Assembly: GCF_040938485.1 (NCBI RefSeq)
Contig: NW_027271020.1
Coordinates: forward strand, 2,914,001 to 2,978,000
DNA from: Diadema antillarum
Lineage: Eukaryota
DNA length: 64,000 bases
Reading direction: 5' to 3'
The position numbers and the translations under genes were made by a program. Shown here piece by piece: positions 49,252-61,906 of the stretch; position 1 is the stretch's first letter, and every line of letters begins with the position of its first letter. The notes under the pieces are model-generated. The model saw nothing but the letters and a program-made list of their open reading frames with translations, did not search any database and was not told the origin of the DNA.

Positions 49252-50445
49252 TTAGCTCACATCACTCTCACTTGCGGCGACGCTGCACCCGTCAGGTTTG
49301 TCGTCAGAAAGCCTCTTTTTAGAGGGAGGCGACTTTTTGCCAGTAATGCCAAGGAACCCTGTCACAATCAAAGCAGTTCCTATAATTGTGATGTAATTGG
49401 GGACGGTCCCAAAAAGAAAGTATTCGAAGATAAAGGCAAACATGATGTCGATCGAATGGATTAATGTCACTTTCGCAGCCGGCTGAGATTTGAGGGCTAT
49501 GAAGAATAAAACCTGCGAGAGGAAATTGCAAATGCCGTTCAATATGATTGAGATGCGATCCAAGCCGCATCCAGGGATTGACCATTGATTGGTGGCGGAA
49601 GTCACTACTGCGGTGAAGCACATGCCGAACGAGGAGTAGAGGGTAAGCATGACCATTGGGGTCATGCCGTACAACCCGAGTTTCCGCAAGATGATGATGA
49701 TTACGGAGTTTAAGAAAGCTGCCAGGACACTGAGCGAGGCGCCCAGGATGCTGGAACTGGACTCAGGATCCCCCTGCTCCGAGAGATCAAAGAGGAAAGA
49801 GGGCTGCGCCACCAGAAACACTCCTGTTAGCATCACCAGGCCTAGGACGGCGTCCAGAATCGAAAACTTCTCCTTCAGGAGCAGCCAACCCAAGAAACCG
49901 GTGAAAACGGGACTGCAGTATTGTATCGCCTTCGCGTTGGCCACAGGCATGATTTGGTACGTGTAGAAAATGACAATTGTGTTAGTGGACCCCAGGATGG
50001 CGCGCAAGAGTAAGAGGAAGTAAGCCGCTCGTGAATATTTGAAGGATGGTCGTTGAAAGACTATGATAGGAACACAAATTATAAGCTGGATGGCAAAGCG
50101 GGTGAAAGCTATCTCATTTGCTGACACTGAACCCCCAAGCTGCTTGACGGTCATGCCAGAAAAGGCTATGACGAGGGCTGACAAGACAGTAAACCAGATG
50201 CCCCTTTGTCTCAACAGCATGTCCTTACGTTGTAGCGATTTGTCATTCTGGTGCATTTCACTGTTGTTGCTCTTTGTGTCTACATGCACATCCTCAGTAG
50301 TTGTGTCGCCTTCAAACGCGTCATTGTCCAAGCCAGCTCCTGCCCCACCACCACAAGATCGCCGATGGAGACCTACTACACTGTTCATGTCGGGATCAGT
50401 CCAATCTCCCATCGTCTCCTGCCCACCATGCACACTTTCAGCCAT
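49252..50445 (-). CDS. SLC35G1-like: SLC35G-like EamA/DMT transporter, subtype C copy 3 (397 aa, intact)
   Basis: Complete ORF, highly similar to C1. Confidence 0.92.
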   Translation of the reverse strand: MAESVHGGQETMGDWTDPDMNSVVGLHRRSCGGGAGAGLDNDAFEGDTTTEDVHVDTKSNNSEMHQNDKSLQRKDMLLRQRGIWFTVLSALVIAFSGMTVKQLGGSVSANEIAFTRFAIQLIICVPIIVFQRPSFKYSRAAYFLLLLRAILGSTNTIVIFYTYQIMPVANAKAIQYCSPVFTGFLGWLLLKEKFSILDAVLGLVMLTGVFLVAQPSFLFDLSEQGDPESSSSILGASLSVLAAFLNSVIIIILRKLGLYGMTPMVMLTLYSSFGMCFTAVVTSATNQWSIPGCGLDRISIILNGICNFLSQVLFFIALKSQPAAKVTLIHSIDIMFAFIFEYFLFGTVPNYITIIGTALIVTGFLGITGKKSPPSKKRLSDDKPDGCSVAASESDVS

Positions 50446-52409
50446 CGTGTCCTTATTTAGCCCTCTATATTTAAGTTTTCTCCTGAACGCTGCGTATCAT
50501 TTTACGTGCACTCCTAAGATCTAACATGTTGCATATCATGACAGACTTCAAGATGATATTCTTTTGCGGCATTATCAACACTGGCTGAATCCGATGACCC
50601 TGAATAATCAGATCGTAATGGACACTTTGAAACCAATCACATACGCTGTTGCCGCATGACACCAGACACTAATTCCTGACCTTTGCTCCCCTGTTTGACG
50701 CTGATAACTTTTGTGACTGCTATAAATAGTCTTCAGAATGGACAATTGACGTATGAAGAGCATTCAAACTATTGAACTGAGAGACAATAACGAGGAGGGT
50801 TAATAGTCTGGATTTGGCCTATTGATTTGCGTTTGTATTCAGGCGTTTCCCTATTTTAGTTATAAGTATAGCTTTTGTCGACATGTAAGTTGTTTTCAAT
50901 GCATCCTCCTAAAAGGACAAAATATTCTATAGCAGCATGCATGCATAGGCTAATTATAAGTGTAAAAGCAGCCCTCAGTATGAAAGGATCAGTTATTGTA
51001 ACTTGAATAACTTTTTGCATGAGTCTTTTGTCAAATCATACTCACGATCATATCAAAGCTAATATTGCAAACAGAAATATATTGCAGACACACGCACACG
51101 ACACACATATACACTAAAAACAAACCAAACTATGGCCAAATTAAAAAGCTTGTACTTCACACCCTCCACATCACAGCACAGCACTTGATACCTCAGGACA
51201 GTGTAATAGTAATAGTTTGTTTATGTTATATTGCATTTGTACATCTGCTTCTTGAACCAAAAAAGAACAAATGGAATGAAAATGATTTCTTCATTTTCCT
51301 CTCTTTTTGCCTAACAATTAGAACGATATTTCAGAGTTGATGAAATATTCTACTTTGTAGAAACGTTCCATATAGTTATGTCATTCAAATCTAATTTCGA
51401 ATTTAAATTTTCGAATTGAAATCCATTATTCCCAAATCAATTTATTCAAGTCCCCTTTTTTCTCCATTTTCTTTCTTCTAAATTGTGGTTATTTTAATGA
51501 CATAGCATACTCTGTATGAATATTCAATTATCACCTAGCTCATTTACAATTTTTATTTTCACGACCTGAATTTCTTTGTGATATTGTAGTATGCTATTTC
51601 TTATATATCGAATAATGTTATACTCATATAAGGTATGTATGTATTTTATTTCAATCTATAAGACAGTATGCCAAGCCTTTTCCATCGTGTAATGTTATTC
51701 CTCAAAATGTATGTATTCTTTATTCAATTAACATTTTCTGGCCGTGATTAATGCCAACTTTCAAAGCATTAGCATTATCTTCTCAAAAGTCTGAAAGTAA
51801 CTAAGAGTTGAAAGTGAAGATTGTGCAAAGAATTGTCAAGAAATAAAAAGGGGCCTCTAGGACATACCTGATCACGCTATTCTAGAAAAAATAAATAAAA
51901 ACAGTTGTAGAAAAATGTTGAAGACACACTTTCGATTCATTTTATGATCCCAAACTTATGAATACTGTAGATGAAGAATAGCTCTTTCAGAAAATATAAA
52001 CAACTCAAGATTGACTTGGTTGACTCTTTTCACCTTTTTTTTTTAAGTCCGTACGTAAAATTAAGGGGTGCGACCTTTTGTTGGTTTTGTGATGCAGGGT
52101 CAGACATGAAACAAGGCATATAAAAGTTTTCTTCCTACGCTGCATACTAATATCTTGCGAAAAAATAGTCTAATTAGTTTAGTTACTTAGGTTAGCTTAG
52201 TTTTAACTTGATATAATTTACATATTTCTTTCAGCAATGCCTGAAATTTTAAGGATTCCACGATCTGCCCGCTAGTCTGGGGCAGGACATTCATATTCAT
52301 AGGTGATTTTCAATTGAAAATGGGACTAACTATATACTAAAAGTGAATCATCTGAGTGAAATACAAAGAAAAACACATTGATTCTGGACAAATTGTCATC
52401 ATAGTTGAA

Positions 52410-52850
52410 GCTATGCGAATTCATCCCGTGTCCTGCGATCATCTCGCTCAATCCATCTCCAACTTAGCCCTGGACCCTTACCACGGACCCGCTATGGAAG
52501 TCGTGCTTTCGCCGTCGCTGCGCCCCAACTATGGAACAAGTTCCCCCTGCACATCAGATCTTCACCCTCGCTAGATACGTTTAAGACCCTCGTGGAGACA
52601 CATTTAATGAAGAAATTACTATGATGTCATGTTCCTGTATGTTATGTTTTCTTCTTTTTGTGTCTATTAAGTATGTTAATTTAAGTATTTGATTATTGCT
52701 GAAGTATATTATGCAAAGTAAATTATTGTATAGTTTTGTAGTTAATATTGAATATAAGATTATGTATTGGTATGATTATAATATAGTAAGGCGCTTAGAA
52801 ACTCTGTATTAAGCGCGATGTAAATGCTAATTATTATCATTATTATTATC
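52410..52850 (+). mobile_element. L2-clade LINE 3' fragment
   Basis: Frame RYGSRAFAVAAPQLWNKFPLHIRSSPSLDTFKTLVETHL*, then a 3'UTR ending AAGGCGCTTAGA...AAGCGCGATGTAAATGC(ATT)n, typical of the L2 ORF2 C-terminus and tail. Confidence 0.85.
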
Positions 52851-53689
52851 ATGAGCAGCTTTAGTCAATGTTTTCATGTTATCAGGGAGGTGTTAGAGAA
52901 GGAGTGAAATCTCTTTGCAATTTCGAAAAATTATGCGTAGGTTCCATGGCATAAGAATTGAATGCTTAGCGTTTCACTGCCTTTGATGTTCCATGCTCCA
53001 AGCCGCTCATCAAGAAAGTTTGAATATGGAGACCAAAGAACAGTTTCGTCAGTATCAACAATTTTAAGCTGTATTTCCGAGAAAATGTTTAAATACGGTA
53101 TGGAACTTTGGTGATAATCTTGTACGAAACAACTACTTTAAGTGTTTCTTCAAATCTCTTTGTTATATATACCCCCGGACTGAAAAGGAGTACAGTGTAT
53201 TGATATTTCATTTAAAAAAAGTATATATTATAGCCATCTTGCGCACATTTGTACATAATATTGTTTGTAAGGTTTAGCATTTGGATGTTGAATCTTTCGA
53301 AGTAAGTAATTGGGTAACGCGTGTTTCTGCCTATTAAGTGGGCCTTTTCAACAATCAAAGGGAAACCATTTTTACTAATTTCTTCGCCTGTTCTTTATTC
53401 TTTGCACACTAAACAATTAATTGCCTCCGAAAATATTGAAGGGAACAGGGAATTGCTGTTGGCATGGTATGTTGTATTTTAGGAAACATGCATACTTAAA
53501 CAGAGATTATGTCTTAGGTCAAAGTAATTTAGTAACACCTGAGGTAGAGAGCATAATTTCTTGGCGGTGTGGGTACAGAGGGAAGGTTCGTGTTTATTAT
53601 CTAACACCTCCCTGATCGTATGTGACGCTTCAGACTTTATTCCTAGTGAAATTCACTATAATTTTGAAATTATTGTACTTGTTGCACAA

Positions 53690-53744
53690 TATGTGACCGT
53701 ACATAGCGCTTCGTATCCAGTGGAAAAGGCGCTCTATAAATGTA

Positions 53745-53780
<36 letters not shown>

Positions 53781-53815
53781 CATTATTATTATTATTATTG
53801 TTGTTGTTATTATCA
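53690..53815 (+). mobile_element. L2-type 3' tail with (ATT)n
   Basis: TAGCGCTTCG...AAGGCGCTCTATAAATG followed by a long ATT repeat. Confidence 0.55.
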
Positions 53816-54103
53816 TTACATCACAAAATCAACAAAAAGTCGCACTCCCTGATTTTACGTGAGGATTCAAAAAAGATGAAACAGGTCAACCACGTTAATT
53901 TGGAGTTTTCCATATTTTCCGAAAGAGCTGTTCTTCTTCTACCTTCTTGAGTTTGAGAGCATAAAATGAATGGGAAAGTGGGTTTTCAGCAGGTTTTCTA
54001 AAAACCCCTTTTTTGGTAGGGTAGTGCGATGAGGTGTGTCTTAGAGGTCCCTTTTTTCATTTTAAATCCTTTGCGCACTCTCCACTTTCAACCCTGATAA
54101 CTT

Positions 54104-54414
54104 CACTCAAAGGACAAAATCAAAGAAATGGACAAAGGACAAGGAGTGTACGTAGTCCCTTGCCGTTCTTGCCAAGCCTCTACACACGATCACAGAGGGC
54201 ATCTGCAAGCCAAACATACAACAAGTCTGCCACAACTGACCATGTTTGGAGGGAAAATCACGTCAACTGGGAGGGTGCGCAGTTAGTAGCGAGGGAGAGC
54301 CAGGACCTGAACAGACGCACCAGAGAGGCCATTTGGATTTAAAGGAACCACCGCAACATGAACCGGGATGCGGGGGGGGGGGGGGGGACATACCAACTGT
54401 CTGACATTTACGAT
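54104..54414 (+). mobile_element. Penelope-like element remnant (GIY-YIG endonuclease C-terminal region)
   Basis: Frameshifted peptides HSKDKIKEMDKGQGVYVVPCRSC, KSATTDHVWRENHVNWEGAQLVARESQDLNRRTREAIWI and NMNRDAG..YQLSDIYD match the PLE endonuclease pattern. Confidence 0.8.
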
Positions 54415-54843
54415 GGCACACCACCGCACAAACACCTTCCCTGCAACCCATGATCGCAGCTCATCCCACCACAGACAACCACAACACAACCAAAGAAACA
54501 CACGCATCTGCCTATATCAGGTAAGTACATTATTGAATTTAGTTATGATATGTTTATTTCTGTTTATTATTTCTCATTGTATAATATGTCTGTATGCAAT
54601 ATATACCCATTGGTATATATTCATATACAGTAATATATTGGTGAATGTTTGGTAATTGCTAAATAGTTGTATGTTCAAGTATGTTCTGAAGTCGCTTACT
54701 CATGCTAAACCTATACTCAGTGTATTATGTTCACTGCTCTGGTGCTATGCTCAAAACCTATATTACATTTTGTATAAACAGACAATAAAGCTGTCGAAGA
54801 ACTGAGGTCGAAAGCTTCCGTAACAACCGGCATCGTGCGACAT

Positions 54844-55056
54844 NNNNNNNNNNNNNNNNNNNNNNNNNNNNNNNNNNNNNNNNNNNNNNNNNNNNNNNNN
54901 NNNNNNNNNNNNNNNNNNNNNNNNNNNNNNNNNNNNNNNNNNNNNNNNNNNNNNNNNNNNNNNNNNNNNNNNNNNNNNNNNNNNNNNNNNNNNNNNNNNN
55001 NNNNNNNNNNNNNNNNNNNNNNNNNNNNNNNNNNNNNNNNNNNNNNNNNNNNNNNN
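54844..55056. other. Assembly gap (213 N)
   Basis: Run of N. Confidence 1.
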
Positions 55057-55500
55057 ATTCAACATAGACTCTCAACCAATAAATTTTCCTCTGGCAGCAG
55101 CGATATATGGAACTCTCACATAGTTGAGTATTTGTTTTTGCAGATAACATTGCGTAATGAACCTGAAAAAATCGTGTTGTACTGTTCAATTCAGCTCAGT
55201 TCAATATTGATAATAATTGATAGGAGGAAAGTAAATGATGTAACTAAAGAGCCAGACAGTCTTCACATGAAGCTAATATGCATTGTTTATTAACGTTTTC
55301 ACAGAGTACACAAACACTTTGTTCCTGTTGAACAAGAGACACGAATGACATAACACATGGTACAAATGCTTTGATGAGATGTTTTTCTCCCTTTCTTTGT
55401 CATGCCTATCTTTAGTTTTATTTTCTGTCTGTTCCGTCCCTGCTTTCGTTCTTGTCCTTGTCATAGTCCTTTTTTTTCTGAATATTCCGCCTGACATCAG

Positions 55501-55638
55501 GGGGGCATTTCATGAAGCGTTTTGGTCGGATATTTTTCTGACAAACTGTTACAAGCTACTGAAATCCTTGCATCTGATTGGTTGAGAGCAAATTTGTCCG
55601 ACAACTTTGTCGGACAAAATGCTTCATGAAATGCCCCC
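55501..55638. mobile_element. PIF/Harbinger-like MITE (138 bp)
   Basis: TIR GGGGGCATTTCATGAAGC / GCTTCATGAAATGCCCCC and 3-bp TSD CAG (55498-55500, 55639-55641). Confidence 0.85.
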
Positions 55639-56912
55639 CAGGATATAAAAATTTTCATACAATGGTGTCCTGACGGATCTTGATATGCCCTCACCTTCTA
55701 AGGTAATTCAAACATTTTACAAGCTATGTTTTTCTTGTGAATTCCTTTTTTCCATGTAGAGTTATAGATTAGGATTGTATTGCTTACTTGTTTATTTATC
55801 CAAACCAAAGTTGATATCATTATAATATTGTATTCATGTTTTGTTGAAACTTACGTGATTTAAAGTTCCTTTTAATATTATGTACTCATGTAAGCGTTAT
55901 GTATATCATTTGTATTACTTTATATGGAAATAGAATAATTTAGAATTGAATTGAATTTAACAGATGGAACTATATCTAATCTAAGGTATAATCTATATTA
56001 TTTCTAAGACTTCCACGTTTACAGCAAATTTCATGTCTCAATCTTTTGTGTGTGTGTGCACTGAATTGTGTTAATTCTTCATAATACAGCCAAAGTAAAT
56101 TGCTTGCAAGTATGTTTTCGAGGAATGATGATTGCATCGTACATAACGCCTTTCTTTTTACAATGCCGATATGCACATTTTATCTTGTTTCAAATATAGA
56201 GCAAGATCGTATCATGTATGTTGCACTGTTAAGCACAAAAATGAGAAAACAAGTACTGGTTTGTCGTACAAGTCATACCATTTGCGTTGATAACACCTCA
56301 GGCAAATTCCCGTCTTTCGATAGTTTTGTTAATGCTTCCCCTTTCCTTTCGATTTTCTAGTGCGTAGCTAGCATAAAGGTGAAGCAATGATTTGTCATCC
56401 AAGATAGTGTACAAATATTGACTGCTCATGAGGCCTAATTCTAGTTCTGACGTAGAACTAAGTAGACCACAGTGATGGCGGGAAAAAAAATCCGGAAAAA
56501 AATCCGGAAAAAATCCTTTTGGACATTCATGAATGCAATGTTATTTATCTTTCACGCTCTTCTGTTGTTCTGAGTACTTATCTGTCGATGGATAACTTGT
56601 ATGTAGGCTATATAGATGTTAACACTCATGTGCTTTTCTTTTAAGGTTAAATGGAATGCTAAAAAATGTTTTATAGAGATTAAGCGTAAAGCATTATAAT
56701 AATTTTTTTTTTGTATTTCCCGTATAACATAAACTTTCAAGCAATCTTTAGTATCGGCTGTATATAGGGCCCTTTTTACAATTACATCTGTCATTACACC
56801 ACGAGATGAAATGCCTAATTTACCAGCAAGTGCCACGGAAAGGCACAAACTTATAAAATTGACAGTGGTATATCAAAGATGGACGGTTACGGCCATGTGC
56901 ATAGTCCAAGGA

Positions 56913-56927
56913 TTAATCACCGAAAAC
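56913..56927 (-). CDS. Putative terminal coding exon of the Ig-like membrane protein (VFGD*)
   Basis: Strong acceptor ttttcttttacag|, and phase 0 matches the preceding donor. Confidence 0.5.
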   Translation of the reverse strand, partial: VFGD

Positions 56928-57411
56928 CTGTAAAAGAAAACTATGTAGCATGAAAGATGAATATGAGAGTAAAGCATGATTTACAATTGATGACAAGATG
57001 ACAAGATTGTTGAAATTACATATTCACCGGAAGAATATTAAAAGCAGTGTGTAAAGTGATGTGTTACGTTTTCCATCATTTTCCTAAAGATCCTGTGAAT
57101 ACGATCGAGTGCCCTTTTCAGGCACATAATGCTTCCAGTGAATATCTTTATAAAGAAATGTATTAAATATGACACGGCAATAAGGAAAATAGATGAAATC
57201 GTTTGCTACAGTGCGCCACTATTGTACGTTCTTTCTCAGTTATTACGCAACATACCTACACTAAAATGCTCTTTTTACTCTTATAAAAGAACTAATATTT
57301 AGAGTGTGATTTCTTAGAATATGATAAATGAAGTAAACATATCTAAATGTAAATGCGTAGTACATATTGTCAATGTACATGTCTTCAGCCCATGCGAACG
57401 TTTTAATATAC

Positions 57412-57545
57412 CTTTTTTATACAAAGAAGTCGCCGTCGTCCTGCATACAAGACGCACACGGTGATGGCGAGGACGAAGAGAACAGCTGTCAGTGCGTAAG
57501 ATGTCGATGGTTGTCGAAGAACTCCTCGATGACGGTCATAATTTC
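57412..57545 (-). CDS. Transmembrane exon of the Ig-like membrane protein
   Basis: cattttag|GA AAT...AAG|gtatat. Encodes NYDRHRGVLRQPSTSYALTAVLFVLAITVCVLYAGRRRLLCIKK: a hydrophobic helix plus basic stop-transfer, with a phase-1 start. Confidence 0.75.
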
Positions 57546-57787
57546 CTAAAATGTCAAAGGATAGGAAATTGACCAACCAATACTACGACGGGTTGTAATT
57601 TCAAGAAAGGATCCATTATTATATGAAACCAGCTATATAAATATCGTTTATCTATGTTTGTGTGTTTTTTTTTATATGTCATGCTATAAATATACTATGT
57701 TAGAAATGGAATAAAGGAAATTAAAGGAAATGAAGTTGACTGTAATTTAAGAGTTATTGACACGATACAGTAATACCTTGTGGCGAA

Positions 57788-57976
57788 ATTCAATTTCAAT
57801 CAATTCAATTCAATCATAATTTATTTCCAATCAACGAAAATCAAAGAAATATAGTACAAATTTCCAATCAACAAAATTCAAAACATAGTACAAAGTATAC
57901 ATGTCGTGAAATGATATTGTTCAAACATTTGCAAAAGATTCATGTAATATCCGAGATAAATTATATAACAACATAT

Positions 57977-58017
<41 letters not shown>

Positions 58018-58810
58018 TATTAGGAGGAACAATACATATATACTTCGTGGACGTGCGGAAAATAGATTCGATTATGGAAAATAGTGATCCACTAAACAGC
58101 AAAGCTTGTGGGACGTGGATCGCTAGATAAATAATGAGTAAATAATATATTATTCGAGGGTTTTTTTATAGTTATCATATTTGATATAGATTATTTCAAT
58201 CATTTGTAAAAAAATATATATATGTAGTTATATTGAGATACGCAGGTCGGGGAAAAAAATATCAATGTTAATGCCCGGACACTGTTCACTGAACCACGTG
58301 TACCGGGAAAATATGACAAGGACAAGACACTCGTACGCACATTACCCACACACATATAAGACGCGAGACAGTACCGAGAGGAGAGAAGACGGTAACAATA
58401 CAAGTCTACAAAGAACAAAAGACAGGAAAGGAAGAGGAGAGAAGAAAGAAGAGAGGTCTGCATACAGACCACGCAAAGTGCTGCGACATCAGGACAGGTG
58501 AAAGCTCAAGCATGAATTAAAACAATTTAAATTATCTAAAATTATAAGTAGAGAATAGATATTTTCTGAATTTGCATTTAAATATGACGAATTTGGGGGA
58601 ATCTTTTAAACTATTATCTAGATTATTCCAAAGTTTGGGTCCGATATAAAGAAATGTACTTTGGGCATATGCGGTTCTCATTAATGGAAGATGAAATTCA
58701 TCGGATCGTCGCGTGGGATAATTATGTACATGACTGTTTCGATGAAATAAGTCATGAAATATTTTAGGTAAAAAATTACTGTTATTACTGTTAGAAATAC
58801 CATTGCACAA
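57788..58810 (-). mobile_element. CR1/Crack-like LINE 3' fragment in an intron
   Basis: LPKIFHDLFHRNSHVHNYPTR...LPLMRTAYAQSTFLYIGPKLWNNL...FKCKFRKYL (58532-58810), then a 3'UTR ending AATAAA and (TTGAA)n at about 57790-57825. Confidence 0.8.
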
Positions 58811-59578
58811 GACATGTCTGTCTTCTTGCTCGTGTATATGCCTACATCAGTAGGTGTGTGTTTATACGTAGGTGGTGGGAATGTTCATATAGGGTTATTG
58901 TCTGATAGTCACATTATGATTATTGCGTGCGAAATCTTTATTTCCAAATGACCCGGATATGAACCGAGCGATCTAGGAATTCAGCAAAGGACTGTACAGA
59001 CAATGATATGTATCATTTTGAATGAAAGCTACTGGTGTGTGCATTTACGTTGTATCTAATTTTCATCTTAAATCCTTACAGAATTTACTTTACAGATTTT
59101 GATTTGCTTTCAAATAAAATGGAGGACTACTGAGGCTATCACTTCTATCACTTCTGTGAACTTGGGGCGGGATGTTGTGATACACGCATTAGGTAAACGC
59201 ACACACACTTATACTCACATGTAATGTATAATGGTCCTGCGGAAAAGAACTTAACGGTGTGAAAAGATTTCACACTGTGTTTCACATTAACTTTCACACT
59301 GTGGGACACTGTATTCTTTCAAGGTGGGTGAACAGACACTATTCATTGGCTCCTCTGAATGCAGACATTTGAAATACCTTATTTTGCATTCGTTCTTTTT
59401 AAACTTTTCTGCTGTACCTGTTATCATAATGCCCATTTAACAGCAATCTGGTACTATGTTTGAATCCTGTATCAGAAACATATCACCTGGGGATAAGTTT
59501 TGTGTTGACTATCATTAAAGTTTAGTCAATCGAGTATGCTAAAAAAAAGTTTAACATAAGGTCTTCAAAATGTGTCAC

Positions 59579-59857
59579 CTCTTGGGCAAAATTCTTCCAC
59601 GGTCGTCGTTGATCCCATGACATTTTCTCCTCGGCAGGTGATATTCGTGCAGCTTGCAGGGCGTGGCGATATCGTAAATGATGGCGAAGAGCTTGCTTTC
59701 GAGAGAAGCACACCCCCAACGATGGTGTCAAAGCTGCGAAGAGGTGGATAGGGTTGGTCGGTTTCATTCACGAGGCATGACACGGTGACAGAGGGTTGAC
59801 CATAGTTGTCCAAATGCTCGTCGAACACGACTTCGATGATGTCATCGGATGGCTTAG
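59579..59857 (-). CDS. Ig-like domain exon (membrane-proximal)
   Basis: 279 bp, phase 1-1, AG/GT bounded. KPSDDIIEVVFDEH...VTVSCLV...SPRPASCTNITCRGENVMGSTTTVEEFCPR. Confidence 0.8.
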
Positions 59858-60500
59858 CTTGGTATGATTAGGAGCGTGTGGATATCAAAAGAACGATTAT
59901 ATACTTGCCATGTGTTAAGGCGTTGGACACCCCTAGGTAAAAATTGGTCAATAATAATAGCAATCACGATAAACTAGAAACAGTGGTTGATGATGCTTGG
60001 TCTTCAACAGTTCGCATTTAAATATACTGCGATAGGATAGTATTGCAGTCGATGTTATCGAGAATAGAGCGACCGATATAGAGAACGGGGTCTTTGCTCT
60101 TGCCTTGTATCATGACTTGCCTGTATGACTTGCCTTTTCTATAAAATAAAATAAAATAAGATTTTAAAAAAATCGGGGATGTACGCAGGAAAAATAACCA
60201 TGTACTTATATGCTACGCTTAAATGTTTACAACTCCTTCTGATTATTCAAGTAAACGATAATAGTGTAACGAAGGTGGGGTTTTTCTTTCTCTTATGAAA
60301 GAAGTGTGAATCCTCAGAATATTTTTTTTGGTGAACTACGTAATCCACGCACAATACATACACATCAAAGAAAAGATCTGTCAAGGACAACAACCTCACA
60401 ATTCCATTTCTATATACAGATGCCATGAAAAGAAAGACCGCTTCAATTTCCTTTTATCTGCCATCTATTATTCTCTCAAGCATCACATTAATATACTTAC

Positions 60501-60923
60501 TTTTTGGGCAGTAGGTTCTCACAGACGTAGTGGTTCCGTAACTGTTCACTCCAATGCACGTTATGTTAGTGCACGATTCAGGTCGGGGTGCCAATGTGAC
60601 GGATGCCGAGCGTGACGAAGAAATCGTTTCATTGTCTGTCTTGATGACGTAAGTGTCGATAGGAGGGAATGGCTGGTGATTAAATGTCACGTGACAGGTT
60701 ATTATCAGGTCAATTTGTTGAAACACTTCTCCGCTACATTCCCGGACTCCATCAGTGTCTTTTATAAACTCTCCATTGCCCTCCGTAATCTCGCCATTGC
60801 CTTCGAAAAGCACACTGCCACTCTTTGTAGTGGCACCTGTATCTTCACTTGCTTCACTATTTTCATCCAAGAGAAATCCTGATTCTACGATTTCGCGGTT
60901 TGCCGTCACATTTTCTCCAGGTT
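60501..60923 (-). CDS. Exon: acidic linker plus C-terminal part of an Ig-like domain
   Basis: 423 bp, phase 1-1, donor GTAAGT. ...IITCHVTFNHQPFPPIDTYVI...APRPESCTNITCIGVNSYGTTTSVRTYCPK. Confidence 0.85.
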
Positions 60924-61216
60924 CTGTCCAGACGTGGGAAAAGGAAACCTTTGCCATTTCCAATATAATCAACAGAACGAACTTACATTTACCGACAACT
61001 TTCGCCCTTAAAATATGTCGGTATTACAAGTAGAGGAAATGTGTAGTTTTAATTTTACAAAATGAAATATTGAGGAATCGTCTTTATTTTTCCAAAATGT
61101 TCTCCACATGCGACGTCACAAACTGCAGTAGTCTTCTCATCCAACTTCGGTGGCACCGAAATTTAAAAAATCGGTAACTTTGGAACGGATTGTCTGATTT
61201 ACATCAAACATCAATT

Positions 61217-61906
61217 GTGACCGTGCACCTCAAAACAAACATAAAGTCGCACACACTGATTTTGCGTGAGGACTGAAAATAAATGAAATGGGTCAACCTA
61301 GCCGAACTTGACTTTTTCATATTTTCTGAAAGAGCGGGTCTTCTTTTACATTATGCTAAAATTTGGTATCATAAAACGGGCAGGAAAGTGTGTTTTTTTA
61401 GCAGTTTATCTCGAACAGTTTTGGTAGAATAGTGTAATTAGGTGTGCCTTTAGAATCCCTTTTTCATTTCTGAAAAACCTTGTCCACACTCTTCACTTTA
61501 AACTCTAATAACTTTTGAAAGGATAGTGCTACTGCTTTGAAAGTTGGCATTGATTATGGACAGAATGTGTTAATGAGGCATGTTTAATTTCAGTTTAATC
61601 TGATAATCCCTTCATTGTTGTTACTCTGGTGGTTTACTTCCTGTTTTTTGTCCCATTCATCGCACAGCCAGCACGGTTTGGTAAAAGATTAAGCGCTTGA
61701 ATAGACACTGTACTTCAGAGCCTCTTTTCTCAGTTCACACTTTTCCCGAGTTTGTGCTTTCTTTCCAATATTTAGATAGGTTAGGAGAGTCCATTTGATT
61801 TGAGTTATACATCATTTTAAAGCTTAAAGTCTGTTCTTTCAGAATATGGTCTAAACTAAAAATTCATGTCTGGCGACTTTTTGTTTGTTTTGAGGTGCAG
61901 GGTCAC
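61217..61906. mobile_element. 690-bp TIR element, AATT-flanked (Sola-like, tentative)
   Basis: About 34-bp TIR GTGACCGTGCACCTCAAAACAAACATAAAGTCGC / GCGACTTTTTGTTTGTTTTGAGGTGCAGGGTCAC, with AATT at 61213-61216 and 61907-61910. Other fragments of the family occur elsewhere in the window. Confidence 0.8.

Larger units (their letters stand above)
42760..50800 (+). repeat. B-C cassette, duplication unit 3 (boundaries approximate)
   Basis: Colinear with units 1 and 2. Similarity ends near 50800. Confidence 0.8.

Noticed and set aside
17070-50800. Idea that the three B-C cassettes are uncollapsed alleles
   Set aside because: They differ by many substitutions, private insertions and gene-disabling deletions, which looks more than allelic. 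Read depth would still be the formal test.
54758-55293. ORFs containing X runs
   Set aside because: Artefacts of the N gap.
58265-58501. 78-aa charged ORF and the opposite hydrophobic ORF
   Set aside because: Purine/pyrimidine-biased 3'UTR of the LINE fragment.
59095-59195. Plus-strand AG...GT bounded segment resembling an antisense exon
   Set aside because: A single isolated candidate with no partner exons or convincing coding signal, expected by chance.
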